A stretch of 62,149 nt of DNA, counting the filler, from Deltaproteobacteria bacterium (GTDB lineage Bacteria > JAUYMQ01), in NCBI GenBank assembly GCA_030698575.1. It is 11 parts of 11 records of this genome, joined end to end, with 100 filler letters (N's around TTAATTAATTAA, not from the genome) between each part and the next. Parts side by side here need not be neighbours in the genome. Positions count along the whole stretch, not along the records: positions 28,249 to 31,682 come from JAUYMQ010000166.1; positions 31,783 to 36,119 come from JAUYMQ010000167.1; positions 36,220 to 45,076 come from JAUYMQ010000168.1; 8 more parts are not named here. One strand, given 5' to 3'. Positions 28,149-38,168 of the stretch are shown here, piece after piece. The notes below the pieces were generated by a model. That model was not told the DNA's origin, searched no databases, and was given only the letters and a program-made list of their open reading frames with translations. The translations under genes and the position numbers were made by a program. How positions within the stretch are numbered: position 1 is the first letter of the stretch; each line of letters opens with the position of its first letter.

Positions 28149-28248
28149 NNNNNNNNNNNNNNNNNNNNNNNNNNNNNNNNNNNNNNNNNNNNTTAATTAA
28201 TTAANNNNNNNNNNNNNNNNNNNNNNNNNNNNNNNNNNNNNNNNNNNN

Positions 28249-28950
28249 TCGCAAGACAGCTGCATTCAGAACAAGCAGCGGATTCCGTGGACGAACATCG
28301 CGGTTCCGCAAGACCCGACCGTGCAGCGAAACGTCGGCGTCGCACCGTTCCCTCCAACGATCGCGGAGCTTGCTCAGGCGGGCTTTCCCAGCGGCAATCT
28401 CTACACCTACACCTGGGAATCTCCATTCTTCGATCTACGCCCGGACCTGAAGTCGGTGGATGGTCAGCCGGCGGCGGGTGTGCCCATCTGGGATCGCGGA
28501 GCGCGCCTCTACGTCCATGTTGGAGCTACCGCGGACCCGGACCCGTCAACCATCTTCACCTTTCCGATCGTGCTGGTCGCTGCACCGGGTCTTCCGACCT
28601 TCTTGCGATCGGATCAACTGTTCGCCTGGAGTCGCGAGGAGTACAACCCAAACTCCTTGGATCGGGGACAGCAGCTCCCGGCTTTTGCGAATGTGGCGGT
28701 AGGTGCAGGCCCTTGGACCAACATTAGCTCGACACTGTTCCCGACCACCCCTTTCTTGCAACTAGGCGCCTCCGAGGCCATTTTTAGCCCCCCGGGAACG
28801 GCATCCGGCGCCGGAATCGGACATCCGATTCGCTACTGGAAGGTGGTCATCAACTTCTGGCAGTTCCGGCCCTCTTTGAACAACAATACGGTCCCGGCTA
28901 CCTCGACCATTGCCCCGATGCCGACCTTCTTGCAGGCGGGGATGTACTAA
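28249..28950 (+). CDS. hypothetical protein (5' truncated), possibly viral structural
   Basis: Frame open from the contig start; Pro/aromatic-rich, beta-like; abuts the next ORF. Confidence 0.6.
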   Translation, partial: SQDSCIQNKQRIPWTNIAVPQDPTVQRNVGVAPFPPTIAELAQAGFPSGNLYTYTWESPFFDLRPDLKSVDGQPAAGVPIWDRGARLYVHVGATADPDPSTIFTFPIVLVAAPGLPTFLRSDQLFAWSREEYNPNSLDRGQQLPAFANVAVGAGPWTNISSTLFPTTPFLQLGASEAIFSPPGTASGAGIGHPIRYWKVVINFWQFRPSLNNNTVPATSTIAPMPTFLQAGMY

Positions 28951-29400
28951 ATGCCTACCGTACGCAATCCGGTCACCGGAGGGCTTCTCGTCGCGAGCGC
29001 CAGCAACGTCTCGGAGGGGCAGCTTGTTCTTCGAGACGGCGCCATTGCGGGACCTGGCAACGCGCTCGGTGTGCTCGAGCCGATCATGAACTTTCGCGTG
29101 GCGGTTCCCTCGACCAATCTCCCCCGCCTCTGTTGGTCACTGCTCCTGCAGACCACCTTCACGGACAGTGTTCTAGGCGCGTTCGCGGCCCAGGTCGGCA
29201 TTACCTGGCAGCCGTTCATCAACGGTCGTGCAGCTACGGCGCCGCTGCTTCTTCCCATCGGCGTCCCCGTGGACCTGCAGATGAACTGCGCATCTGAGTG
29301 GATCTCAGTCAACATCGTCGTCCCGTTGATCGGCGCCCCTCCGCCGGCCGCTCCAACAGGACTCAACAGCATCCTCTTCAACATCTCCGCCGCGCAGTGA
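28951..29400 (+). CDS. hypothetical protein, possibly viral structural
   Basis: 149 aa, nearly uncharged, beta-strand pattern; ATG immediately after the previous TAA. Confidence 0.6.
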   Translation: MPTVRNPVTGGLLVASASNVSEGQLVLRDGAIAGPGNALGVLEPIMNFRVAVPSTNLPRLCWSLLLQTTFTDSVLGAFAAQVGITWQPFINGRAATAPLLLPIGVPVDLQMNCASEWISVNIVVPLIGAPPPAAPTGLNSILFNISAAQ

Positions 29401-29409
29401 GGCCATCGA

Positions 29410-31682
29410 GTGACGAAGGGCGATCGCATCAACTACCAGGGTAAGCTCGGCTTCGTCGCAGAAGCCCGCCTTGTAACGCCTGGGATGATCGATCTTCGGA
29501 TGGACGGCGAGTCGTTCATCCGACGCGCTCCTGTCGGAAGTGTTTTCCCAGCGAAATCACCCCTCGCGAAAACAAACCCTTCCGCGCCTCCTCGTCGCGC
29601 TCGCCGAAACGCCTCGGAAGACGAAGATTCCGCGACGCTGCGCAAGACGAAAGCGGCTCGGAAGCAGCGTGTTCGAGAGGCGTCGGAGTTCGAGGAATGG
29701 TATACGCAGACTGCCTCGCAACGAGCGCCGCTGACCAAGAAGGAAGAGTCAGCCCTCCAGACGCTCGCTGAAGAGAAGTGGCCCGACGCGGCAGTTCGTC
29801 AGGAACAGCTTTCTCGGTATCAACAGGGCGGGGTACCGGGCGGAGCCCGTGCCCTCCTGTGGGAACTCCTTCAACAGAAGCGCCCGGCTGCCTCCCGCGC
29901 TGCGGTGGCGGTGCCAAAAACATCTACGCCTCAATCCGCTAAGCGAAAAGCCGAAGAAAAACGTCTCGCTTTGGATGCTAAGAGAGCGGAGCGTGCTTGG
30001 GAACTGAAAGAGCAGAAGGCTTCGGCGGCTCGCGCGGCCGGCGTCTCTGCTCGTCAATACGTTTCTGGGATTGAGACGATCTCAGATATTCAGAGCAAGC
30101 TTCGGGAAGGGGCCGCTCTCTACACCCAAGAGGACCCCCCTCGGGTGTCCAGCGACGGCTCCACCTACTGCGGTAACCCCATCGACGGCACGGCCTACTA
30201 CCTCATCGTGAGCGATCAGCGAAGGTACAACCCCGAGTGGATCAAATGGTCCAGCGTCGAGGCCGCGGCCGTCAAGGCAGGAAAGACCTGGAAGTTGACG
30301 GAAGTTCGCTCGTACAAGGTTCGACCTCTCGGAACCCGCGGTCGTCATGAGCCTTTGATCAACACCCTTCTTCAGGAGGCGTATCAGCTATCTCCTTCGG
30401 ATATCACGACGCTTGAGGCCAGCCTGGAGCAACGCAAAGGGCTACGCCTTGAGATCTTGGGCCAGCTAGCTCAATCAGAAAAAACGCTCGCTGGAGAAGC
30501 CCCGACCCCTCTGCCTGTCATGGTCTCCAAGATGTTCGCCCGAGACTCCAAACTGCTTGAAGACCAGCTAGGACGAGCGCCCTCTCTGCCTGAGATGTTC
30601 GATCTACGCCTTGCCCAGCATCGAGATGCCCTCTCCAAGCTGCCTCCCGCCTCTCTGGCCCGAAAGGCCGCAGAAGCCGGAGTGGATATTGAAGATCTTG
30701 GAAAGGCCAAGAACTGGCCAGCAAAGGTCCGTAGCACGCTCGTCACGCGCCTGGTGGAGATGTCGAAACCTGAGATTCAAGCAAGGACTCGAGAGGTCTT
30801 CCAACGAGCGCAACGCGAAGTCCAACGGCGGCTAGCGGAGAAGGAAATCCGTGCCCTTAGAGAGGGTAAGGGAGACTTCCCGGGACTGGTAGCGATTGAC
30901 CAGGAGATCGCAAGCCTCACCGCCAAGCTGTCCCCGGCAAAGAACATCGCAAAGCGCATCTCGGAAGGGAAGGTCCGAGTATACGGCGTTACCGACGGAC
31001 CTGGCGGACATCTGGTTCTCCAGGATGCTCGGGGTCCGGGCATTGTGGTAAGTGCCCACACGCTCGTGCCTCACGGGGCTACCGTCGAAGTCGAGGAACT
31101 GACCCGGAAGAGCGCCAAGTTCGATGTGTTCTTCGACCAGGTCTATCGCCCCCTGCTGGATTCTCGTCACGGTCAGCAGGTCACGCCCGAGATTCGAGGA
31201 GCGTACGCAAAGCTCGCTTTCCAGCGGAAATCGTATGACCCCAAATCGGGTAAGCGACGGGTGGCGAGGACCACGACGCTTCCGGTTCCCGAGCCGGATC
31301 CATCCGTCGATTACTTCCAGACGGACGAAGCGGGCAACCGCACCTTCTTCCGCCTCGATCGATCCGGCACATCCCCGAGCCGCGCTAAACTCCATCAGTA
31401 TTTTCAAGCGTTCTCCCCTCGTCGATACACCTACGTGGCCGCTCCGACCTCCCTGGTACGCGCTGTCGTGGCGGTGTCGCACGGAACTATCTCTCCTGAA
31501 GTAGCGCGACTGTTCATCGAGAGCGGAGGAGTCACAGTTCAGAAGTTAGAGGCGTTGACGAAGAAGAAGGCACTTACCGGCTGTGGAAAAGCGGTCGGCT
31601 GGCCCCGTACTCTGACAAACCCGCAGGAGAAGATCGGAAGCTGCGTCAGAATCACCGTGGGGCTCCCGGCCAAGAAGGAGAA
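29410..31682 (+). CDS. large basic hypothetical protein (3' truncated)
   Basis: More than 750 codons open; K/R/E/A-rich helical segments; no recognised motif. Confidence 0.7.
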
Positions 31683-31782
31683 NNNNNNNNNNNNNNNNNN
31701 NNNNNNNNNNNNNNNNNNNNNNNNNNTTAATTAATTAANNNNNNNNNNNNNNNNNNNNNNNNNNNNNNNNNNNNNNNNNNNN

Positions 31783-31989
31783 GAGTCCGATGCTGAGAAC
31801 GATCCGATCGCGCCCGATCGAAAGTATGCCCGAGAGCAAAGTCAGCGAGAAGAACAACTGGAAAATGAGCACGCCATGGCGCCATCCGCGAAAAAGCGGG
31901 TGGACCAGGAGCAGAAGAACCAGCGAGACCAGCAGAAAGGTGAATGGCGCTGTCGAGCGGGTGCCGAGGATGAGCCGTTTTCTCTCCAT
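31783..31989 (-). CDS. membrane protein N-terminus (ion-channel-like; truncated)
   Basis: Consecutive hydrophobic helices (FTFLLVSLVLLLLVHP...); AGGA RBS. Confidence 0.5.
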
Positions 31990-32003
31990 GCCGTACTCCG
32001 TCC

Positions 32004-33257
32004 TCAGGAAAAGAACGAGACCAGTTCGTCCACAGACTCCTGTGCGTCTTTTCGTCCAAGTTCAACGAGATGTTCGGTGTAGCAACGGTCGAAGAACAGA
32101 TAGGAAAGGAGATCGGCCTCTTCCTTGGTCCCCTTCGCCGCGAACTGCGCCATGCGGCGGCTGAGCCAGCCCTTGACGCCGGAGCCGCGCGGCTTATGCG
32201 CCAGGCACTCGGCGGCAATCTTGCCGAGATCCTCCGAGGGACGCAGGAACAGGTCACGCACCACCCGGTAAGGGGTCGCCCGGTGAGCGACAATCGTTTC
32301 GTTGATCCGCGTTATGAACTCCGGCCCGTAGGCCTTCATGCCGTCCTCGAGAATCGCATTGAACAGCCGCATCTGATCCAGATCGTATTCAACCCGGTCG
32401 AGCATGAGCGCGTTCAGCGCCTTTCCGGCAAGATAGGTCGCGCTGGTGTAGGCCGTCTCGCGCCTGGTCGTCATGCGCTCCTCCTCGCTCGGGCGAAGCT
32501 GGCTGCGAAGCCCGACGATGAACACGCGGTCGGCCCCCAGGCGGAGCGCAGGCGCGAGCGGCGTGTTCAGCCTGAGCCCGCCGTCGCAGTAGTAAGTCTC
32601 TTTTACACGGACCGCGGGAAAGACCAGCGGCAGCGCCGCCGACGCCAGGGCGTGGGCGGGCTTCAGTTTGGCCGCCCTTGCGATGACGAAACGGTCTCGC
32701 GCCCACTGATCCACCTTCCCGCTGGGGGTGTCGATGAAGACCACCGTGCGGCCGGTGGCGATTTCCGTGGCGGCGACGGCCACCGCTGAAATTCGCCCCG
32801 AGTCGACGTTATCCCTCAACCGGCGCCAGCTGACCGCCCCGATCACGACCGATTCGAGGCCCCGCGTGTCGAGCAGGCCGGCGATGCGATCGGGCTTCCG
32901 CGCTCCGGCGGACTTCAGCATGCCTCCGCCGAAAAGACCGAGCAGCTTGAGCGGGATCTTGAAGACATCGTCGATGCCGATGTCGAAGGCGTTTTCGAGC
33001 GTAAGAGATTCCCAGATCTTGATGAGGCGCGCGCCGGCGTCGGGCTCGTCGATTCCCCCCGCCGTGTAGCAGGCGTGGATGGCGCCGACGCTGGTGCCGG
33101 TCAGGATGGAGATTGGCAGCGGGCGGCCCAGCCGCTTCGGAATTTCGTCGAGGAGATAGGAGAGCACGCCCGCCTCGTAGGCGCCCCGCGCGCCGCCGCC
33201 CGAGAGAACGATCGCAATCCGGGGCGAGGCCGCCGCTCCGTCCGGGTCGTTCTGCAT
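32004..33257 (-). CDS. patatin-like phospholipase
   Basis: SGGGARGAY, GTSVG, DGG. Confidence 0.92.
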   Translation of the reverse strand: MQNDPDGAAASPRIAIVLSGGGARGAYEAGVLSYLLDEIPKRLGRPLPISILTGTSVGAIHACYTAGGIDEPDAGARLIKIWESLTLENAFDIGIDDVFKIPLKLLGLFGGGMLKSAGARKPDRIAGLLDTRGLESVVIGAVSWRRLRDNVDSGRISAVAVAATEIATGRTVVFIDTPSGKVDQWARDRFVIARAAKLKPAHALASAALPLVFPAVRVKETYYCDGGLRLNTPLAPALRLGADRVFIVGLRSQLRPSEEERMTTRRETAYTSATYLAGKALNALMLDRVEYDLDQMRLFNAILEDGMKAYGPEFITRINETIVAHRATPYRVVRDLFLRPSEDLGKIAAECLAHKPRGSGVKGWLSRRMAQFAAKGTKEEADLLSYLFFDRCYTEHLVELGRKDAQESVDELVSFFS

Positions 33258-33425
33258 GGAAACCTCCGCTCGCCCCCCTGCCGGGACTCCCAGGGAGTAT
33301 TATCGGCCAATGGGGAGCCAATCCTAACACGGCCCGCGCTCCTGTCGTCTCAATGAATGAAGCAAGCCTGTTCGGCGGGCCGGCGGAAGTGAGCCCGCGT
33401 ATTGTCATTCCACCACCGATGAAGG

Positions 33426-34319
33426 ATGCTGGTGCCCATGAAACCCTCGAAGCTTCCAGCAGGCGATCCGGCCGGATCCACCGGCTCCGGGGAGGCCGCT
33501 GAGCGCGTCCCGGTATCGCGCTTCACGTTCCACCGGCCCGTGTCGGCCGACGATAGCGTCGCGCGCGAGGAGCCGCTCGAGATCCAGATAGGCGCCTCGC
33601 CCGTCGCCGTTGTCATGCGCACGCCGGGCCACGACGAGGAGCTGGCGCTCGGATTTCTCCTCACCGAGTCGGTCGTGGGCGCGATGGGAGATGTGGCCTC
33701 GGTGCGGCACTGCAGCATCGTGACGCGCCCCGAGGCCGAGGACAACGTGCTGCGCGTGACGCTCCGCCCGGGCGTTGAGTTCGACATGGAGGCGCTCAGG
33801 CGCAACCTGTTCACCAGCTCGAGCTGTGGGATCTGCGGCAAGGCGTCGATCGAGAGCGCGATGCGCCTGGCGCCGCCCCTCGATGACGAGAGTGTCTTTC
33901 GTGCGGACTATTTTTACGGCCTTCCCGGACGGCTCCGCGAGGCGCAGGCCATTTTTTCCGAAACGGGCGGGCTCCACGCCGCGGGACTCTTCGACGCGGA
34001 GGGCGCGCTCCTCGTGGCCCGGGAAGACGTCGGGCGGCACAATGCCGTGGACAAGGTCATCGGCTGGGCGCTGCGCGAGGGGCGGCTGCCGCTCGCGGGA
34101 CATGTGCTGCTCGTTTTGGGACGCATCAGCTTCGAGATCGTCCAGAAGGCACTCGCCGCCCGCGTCCCGGTGGTGGCCGCCGTTTCGGCACCCACCTCGC
34201 TGGCCGTCGAGCTGGCCGTCGAGATCCGTATGACGCTCGTGGGCTTCCTGCGCGGGCGGGGAATGAACGTGTACGGTTTGGCGGACCGCGTCGGCCGGGG
34301 GTCGAGCCCCGAGGCGTAA
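33426..34319 (+). CDS. fdhD: formate dehydrogenase accessory sulfurtransferase
   Basis: EEPLEI, MRTPGHDEELALGFL, SSCGICGK, TGGLHAA, EDVGRHNAVDK. Confidence 0.95.
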   Translation: MLVPMKPSKLPAGDPAGSTGSGEAAERVPVSRFTFHRPVSADDSVAREEPLEIQIGASPVAVVMRTPGHDEELALGFLLTESVVGAMGDVASVRHCSIVTRPEAEDNVLRVTLRPGVEFDMEALRRNLFTSSSCGICGKASIESAMRLAPPLDDESVFRADYFYGLPGRLREAQAIFSETGGLHAAGLFDAEGALLVAREDVGRHNAVDKVIGWALREGRLPLAGHVLLVLGRISFEIVQKALAARVPVVAAVSAPTSLAVELAVEIRMTLVGFLRGRGMNVYGLADRVGRGSSPEA

Positions 34320-34543
34320 CGTTGCAGAACGGAAAGTCTCCTTTTTGCTTCGCGCAGCTTAACCCGAGATCTATACTGCAAGCCCACGCGGCGTATCACG
34401 GGGCTGCGATCTGAGGCGTGGGAAAAGCGCAAAGGGATTAAGGGTTTTCACCGAGCCCCATGGGTAACCGTTGCCATACCCCGACCGGTCCCCGCAGGGC
34501 GACACAACTACGCAGATCGGTCTATTTCACTTAACCTAGATCT

Positions 34544-34561
34544 GCCTAATTCTTGTTAAGC
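34544..34561 (+). mobile_element. putative attI-like site at the head of a cassette array
   Basis: GCCTAAT-TCTT-GTTAAGC. GTTAAGCAGC is complementary (one mismatch) to the cassette end GCTGCCTAAC. Confidence 0.55.
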
Positions 34562-34576
34562 AGCGCACGAGAATCG

Positions 34577-35086
34577 ATGACGGAATATGACCGAAGAGGC
34601 GTCTGGACCGTAGGCTACCCCATCGAGTCCACTTATCTCGATCTGGAAATATACCGGCTCGTGGCGATCTTCGGCGCTGCGCCGCTGGTTGCATCAACGG
34701 AGAACTTCGACTGGGGCTGGCTGAAGCGACACTATGAGTTCCCAGAAGCCTGTCGTTTGCTGGTGAGCCTCGCTGCGATTTTGCGTAACCAGATCGACGC
34801 GAGCCCTTTATCAGCCGAGGACGGCCTGGCTAAGCACGGGGCTTCCGTCGGCACGCTGGTTCCCGATCGGTCAAAGCCGGGGAAGTCGAAACCTTTGTCT
34901 TTCCGCGATGCGTGTAGCAAGATTTTGCACGCTGATTTTATCAACCCAGATGTCACGGATGCCGAGAAACCGAATGAATCTCCCCTGAACCCCGTTGTCC
35001 ATCTCTACGGGGAGCTTCTGGGTAAAAAATGGAAGGCATCGCTCAACGTTTACGAGTTTGCTCAATGCGCGCATGCAGTAGCGTAG
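34577..35086 (+). CDS. integron cassette gene, hypothetical protein
   Basis: Single ORF between the core site and attC; lower GC than fdhD; contains LSFRDACSKILHA (RxxxxKxxH-like). Confidence 0.75.
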   Translation: MTEYDRRGVWTVGYPIESTYLDLEIYRLVAIFGAAPLVASTENFDWGWLKRHYEFPEACRLLVSLAAILRNQIDASPLSAEDGLAKHGASVGTLVPDRSKPGKSKPLSFRDACSKILHADFINPDVTDAEKPNESPLNPVVHLYGELLGKKWKASLNVYEFAQCAHAVA

Positions 35087-35093
35087 AAGCGCT

Positions 35094-35159
35094 GCCTAAC
35101 CCGCCGGCGAAGCTGACGGTCCGCTCCGCGGCCCGCAGCTTGCCGCCCATGCGTTAGAC
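35094..35159 (+). mobile_element. integron attC site
   Basis: GCCTAAC...AAGCTGACGGTCCGC-TCC-GCGGCCCGCAGCTT...GTTAGAC, 66 bp. Confidence 0.88.
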
Positions 35160-35170
35160 GCACAGAGGCC

Positions 35171-35644
35171 ATGAGCCAGAAACTGACGCCCGAAGACCTC
35201 GGAGAGCCCGACCTGAAGGTCGCTGGCTTCCAACTCTGGGTGCACGGGCGCCAGTTCCCCGATGCCGAGGATTACGACGACGGCAACTGGCTCCGCGTCA
35301 CGGCCCACTGCGGCGCATCGGGTGCAAGTGTCTGGGCCCAGGGCGCGATTCTCACGGTCACGGACGTCGCCGGGTTCGGCGATAAGTGCGCCGCGATGCT
35401 CAGTGGGGACACAAAGTCGGCAGCCTTGGATCCAATCGAGCCCGAGCTTCAGCTTTCGCTCGAGGAAGCCGACCGTCTTGGCCACGTCCGCGCGCAGGTG
35501 GAAATCACACCGGACCACCTCGCGCAGAAGCACCGGTTCGAGTTCGAGGTTGACCAGAGCTACCTGCCGGGCATCATCCGGCAGTGCTCGGCGATCGTGC
35601 AGGAGTACCCGATTCGTGGAGAACGAGATCGAAAGGGTGTCTAA
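35171..35644 (+). CDS. integron cassette gene, hypothetical (immunity-protein-like) 157 aa
   Basis: ORF between two attC sites with its stop inside GTCTAAC; acidic, DYDDGNWL motif. Confidence 0.75.
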   Translation: MSQKLTPEDLGEPDLKVAGFQLWVHGRQFPDAEDYDDGNWLRVTAHCGASGASVWAQGAILTVTDVAGFGDKCAAMLSGDTKSAALDPIEPELQLSLEEADRLGHVRAQVEITPDHLAQKHRFEFEVDQSYLPGIIRQCSAIVQEYPIRGERDRKGV

Positions 35645-35698
35645 CAAGCCGCTGCAGCCGACGGTTTTCGGCCGCGGCTGAGCGGCAAAGCGTTGGGC
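35639..35698 (+). mobile_element. integron attC site
   Basis: GTCTAAC-AAGCCGCTGCAGCCGACGG-TTTTCGG-CCGCGGCTGAGCGGC-AAAGC-GTTGGGC, 60 bp. Confidence 0.9.
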
Positions 35699-35718
35699 GG
35701 ACCTGAGCGGAGACCAAG

Positions 35719-36119
35719 ATGGCTTCCAATGATCGGATCATTCTCGATGAGGTGCTGAAGCAGCGCCAAGCGGAGGTCGACCCTACGGCTGCCGCCAGTG
35801 ACTTCTTCGAGCTCTTCTCGGCCGAACAGATCCTCAAGAACTTCGACCTCTCGTATGATGAGATCGAATCGGGTTTGGTAGGCGGTGGCAGGGATGGGGG
35901 AATCGACGGGATCTATCTGTTGGTAAACGGTGAGCTCGTCCAAGAAGACCTAGACTACAGCCATCTCAAGAAAAACATCGCGCTGGATCTCTTCATCATC
36001 CAGGCGAAGACCGGTGGCGGCTTTCAGGAGACCCCAGTAGAGCGGTTCATCACGGTAAGCGAGGATATCTTCGACCTTTCAAGGAATCTCTCTGAACTTG
36101 CAAGCGCATACAACGAATC
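35719..36119 (+). CDS. AIPR-family (abortive infection phage resistance) protein, N-terminal part; third cassette
   Basis: FFELFSAEQILK...LSYDEIESG..GGGRDGGIDG...IIQAK, a PD-(D/E)xK-like N-terminus typical of AIPR. Confidence 0.7.
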
Positions 36120-36219
36120 NNNNNNNNNNNNNNNNNNNNNNNNNNNNNNNNNNNNNNNNNNNNTTAATTAATTAANNNNNNNNNNNNNNNNNNNNNNNNN
36201 NNNNNNNNNNNNNNNNNNN

Positions 36220-36436
36220 GGGCCTCGATGACCTCGTTCCCGTAGGTGGAGCTGAGGCCGGGGAAAATGGTGATGTCACCGAACCCGAGGCGCCCCCCCT
36301 CCAAGCCGTAGAAAGCGGATATGGCGAGGTCGAAATGCTCGGCGAGACGTGGCGCAAACAGACCACACTGCTGCCCGTATCCCGTCCCTGCCCAGGGAGA
36401 ATTTGTATGAAACAGCACCCTTGGCTTATCAACCAT
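36220..36436 (-). CDS. phage-encoded glycosyltransferase (GT4-like), N-terminal fragment
   Basis: RVLFHTNSPWAGTGYGQQ, resembling the GT-B N-terminal acceptor loop; GGAAGGA RBS. Confidence 0.65.
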
Positions 36437-36551
36437 AGGCGGCACTTCCTTCCGGTGGCGGTGGCTCGGTGACTGAAGGCGCAGCCCGTTCCCCCCGCCA
36501 CCGTGGGAGGAACAGGCCACGTTTCGCAGCGACGCGTCAAACTGCGGAAGA

Positions 36552-36962
36552 TCAATCGGGCAGGTCGGGCTCTACGTACCCAATTCGGACGCGCCCGCTG
36601 CTCCCCGTGTCCACATCCTGGTAGTCCACGTCGTCAGAGTACCCATCGACACGGGTGGTCGCGAGGGTGACAAAGCCCTCGACCGAGCGCTGGCGCAGGT
36701 CCCGCGCGAGCTGCGCGTACTGCTTGGACATCTGTGAGCGCTTGAAACTCTGCCCGTCAGTCTCGAAGTCATAGGCGCGGGCAAAGCGGCGGGCGAGAAT
36801 GTCGCACAGCGTCGCCGCGGCGACTACTAGATTCGCGGAATCGTCAATCTTGTGTTCGATCTCGGTGTCGGAGAACAGCTCCGCCGCAGAATCGGTGTCC
36901 CCGATCTCCAACCGGACCTTTTCGAAGTCCGTTCCGAGCGTCCCGTCATAGGTGAAGGACAT
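36552..36962 (-). CDS. phage head-tail adaptor/neck protein
   Basis: MSFTY...VRLEIGDTD...FSDTEI pattern; located after capsid genes. Confidence 0.65.
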   Translation of the reverse strand: MSFTYDGTLGTDFEKVRLEIGDTDSAAELFSDTEIEHKIDDSANLVVAAATLCDILARRFARAYDFETDGQSFKRSQMSKQYAQLARDLRQRSVEGFVTLATTRVDGYSDDVDYQDVDTGSSGRVRIGYVEPDLPD

Positions 36963-36965
36963 GGC

Positions 36966-37310
36966 TCAGGCCCGGTAGAAAACCGACACGTCGTCTGTCG
37001 CCGTGCCGCCCTGAGCGATGACGAGCTGAAGGTGTCCCTCCACGGGGATGGGGCCGATGGCCGTGCCCCCGGCCCCGGCGGTGGTGTGGACTTCCTCCCG
37101 CGGCGCATACTGCCAGGGGCCTTCCTGATCGGTGAGGGCAAGGATTGTACCCCCGGCTCCGACACGAGTCAGGGTGTAATCGGCAGTTGCGGTTGCCGCA
37201 TTCAAATCGGTGCCGTCGTAGCGGACCTCCAAGATCTCGCCAGAAACGGGCACAGAAACGGCCGTGCCGGCAGGACCGGTGATGCTGATTACCTCACGTC
37301 TGACGCTCAT
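36966..37310 (-). CDS. phage hypothetical (virion) protein
   Basis: Co-oriented ORF in the head module with an RBS; T/G/A-rich. Confidence 0.65.
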   Translation of the reverse strand: MSVRREVISITGPAGTAVSVPVSGEILEVRYDGTDLNAATATADYTLTRVGAGGTILALTDQEGPWQYAPREEVHTTAGAGGTAIGPIPVEGHLQLVIAQGGTATDDVSVFYRA

Positions 37311-37524
37311 TCTCTTTCCTTTCCCACGGCAGCTCGGGGATCACAATTCCTCGGGTTCGGCCAGTGCGGCGAAGCGACGACTGCTCTCCGTAGAACAGCC
37401 GCCGCTCCATCCGCTCCTGTTTCTGGGCGTCGGGGATTCCCGTGCCCGGCCAGCGACGCTCGTACTCGCGTGCGAGGTCGCCCTTGGCAACCGGCTCGGC
37501 GATGCCCGTATCAGGCGTCGCCAT
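37294..37524 (-). CDS. phage hypothetical protein
   Basis: Short ORF overlapping both neighbours in the operon. Confidence 0.5.
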   Translation of the reverse strand: MATPDTGIAEPVAKGDLAREYERRWPGTGIPDAQKQERMERRLFYGEQSSLRRTGRTRGIVIPELPWERKENERQT

Positions 37525-38116
37525 AGGCGATCAAATGAACCGTGCCGGCGTTGCTCGCATCTGTGCCGTCGTCTTGGTAGACATTGACGATCATGTCGCC
37601 TTCTTCTGGCACGGCGGTGACGATGAACGGGTCACCTTCGGCCGTGCCGACGTTGGCAAGGCTCGCTACGACCTGATCCACCGTGGTCAGCCCCGAGGCG
37701 ACCGTACCTGCCCCGGTAATCGCCGTGCCGCCGACGGCAGCCACGGCCTTACCGGCCGTGTCGGACTCCAGCGGATTAGTGATCGTCTCACCGTCTACGA
37801 TCAGCGTCCCGGCCGTAATGGTCGTGCCGCCGAACGTGACGACATCCGCCGTTGCGATGGTCGCGGTGGTTGAATCCAACGTCGTAACCGTGCCGTCGGT
37901 GACGGTCAGGGTATCAATCGTTTTGTTTTCATCCACCACAACCGCCTTTTCGGCGGTGACCGTGCCAGGGCTTACTGCGTCCAGGTAGGCAAGCTCCGAT
38001 TCGGACAGATCGCCCGAAAGAACATTGAGGGCGGCTGCCGTAGCAGAAACAGCCGTCCCCCCAATCTGTAGCTCGCCTTTATCTACGTTCACCCCGTGGG
38101 GGTAATAGGTAGCCAT
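37511..38116 (-). CDS. phage head fibre/decoration-like protein
   Basis: Follows the MCP; LQIGGTAVSATAAALN motif, T/A/V-rich; AGGAGG RBS. Confidence 0.6.
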   Translation of the reverse strand: MATYYPHGVNVDKGELQIGGTAVSATAAALNVLSGDLSESELAYLDAVSPGTVTAEKAVVVDENKTIDTLTVTDGTVTTLDSTTATIATADVVTFGGTTITAGTLIVDGETITNPLESDTAGKAVAAVGGTAITGAGTVASGLTTVDQVVASLANVGTAEGDPFIVTAVPEEGDMIVNVYQDDGTDASNAGTVHLIAYGDA

Positions 38117-38168
38117 CTACTTCCTCCTGTACCGAATTGGCGTGTCGGGCTAAATCCTAATTAGTCAA

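Noticed and set aside
35094-35698. Palindromic repeats considered as a CRISPR array or terminators
   Set aside because: They are separated by whole genes and carry RYYYAAC/GTTRRRY ends, so they are attC sites. No CRISPR array or cas gene was seen in the window.
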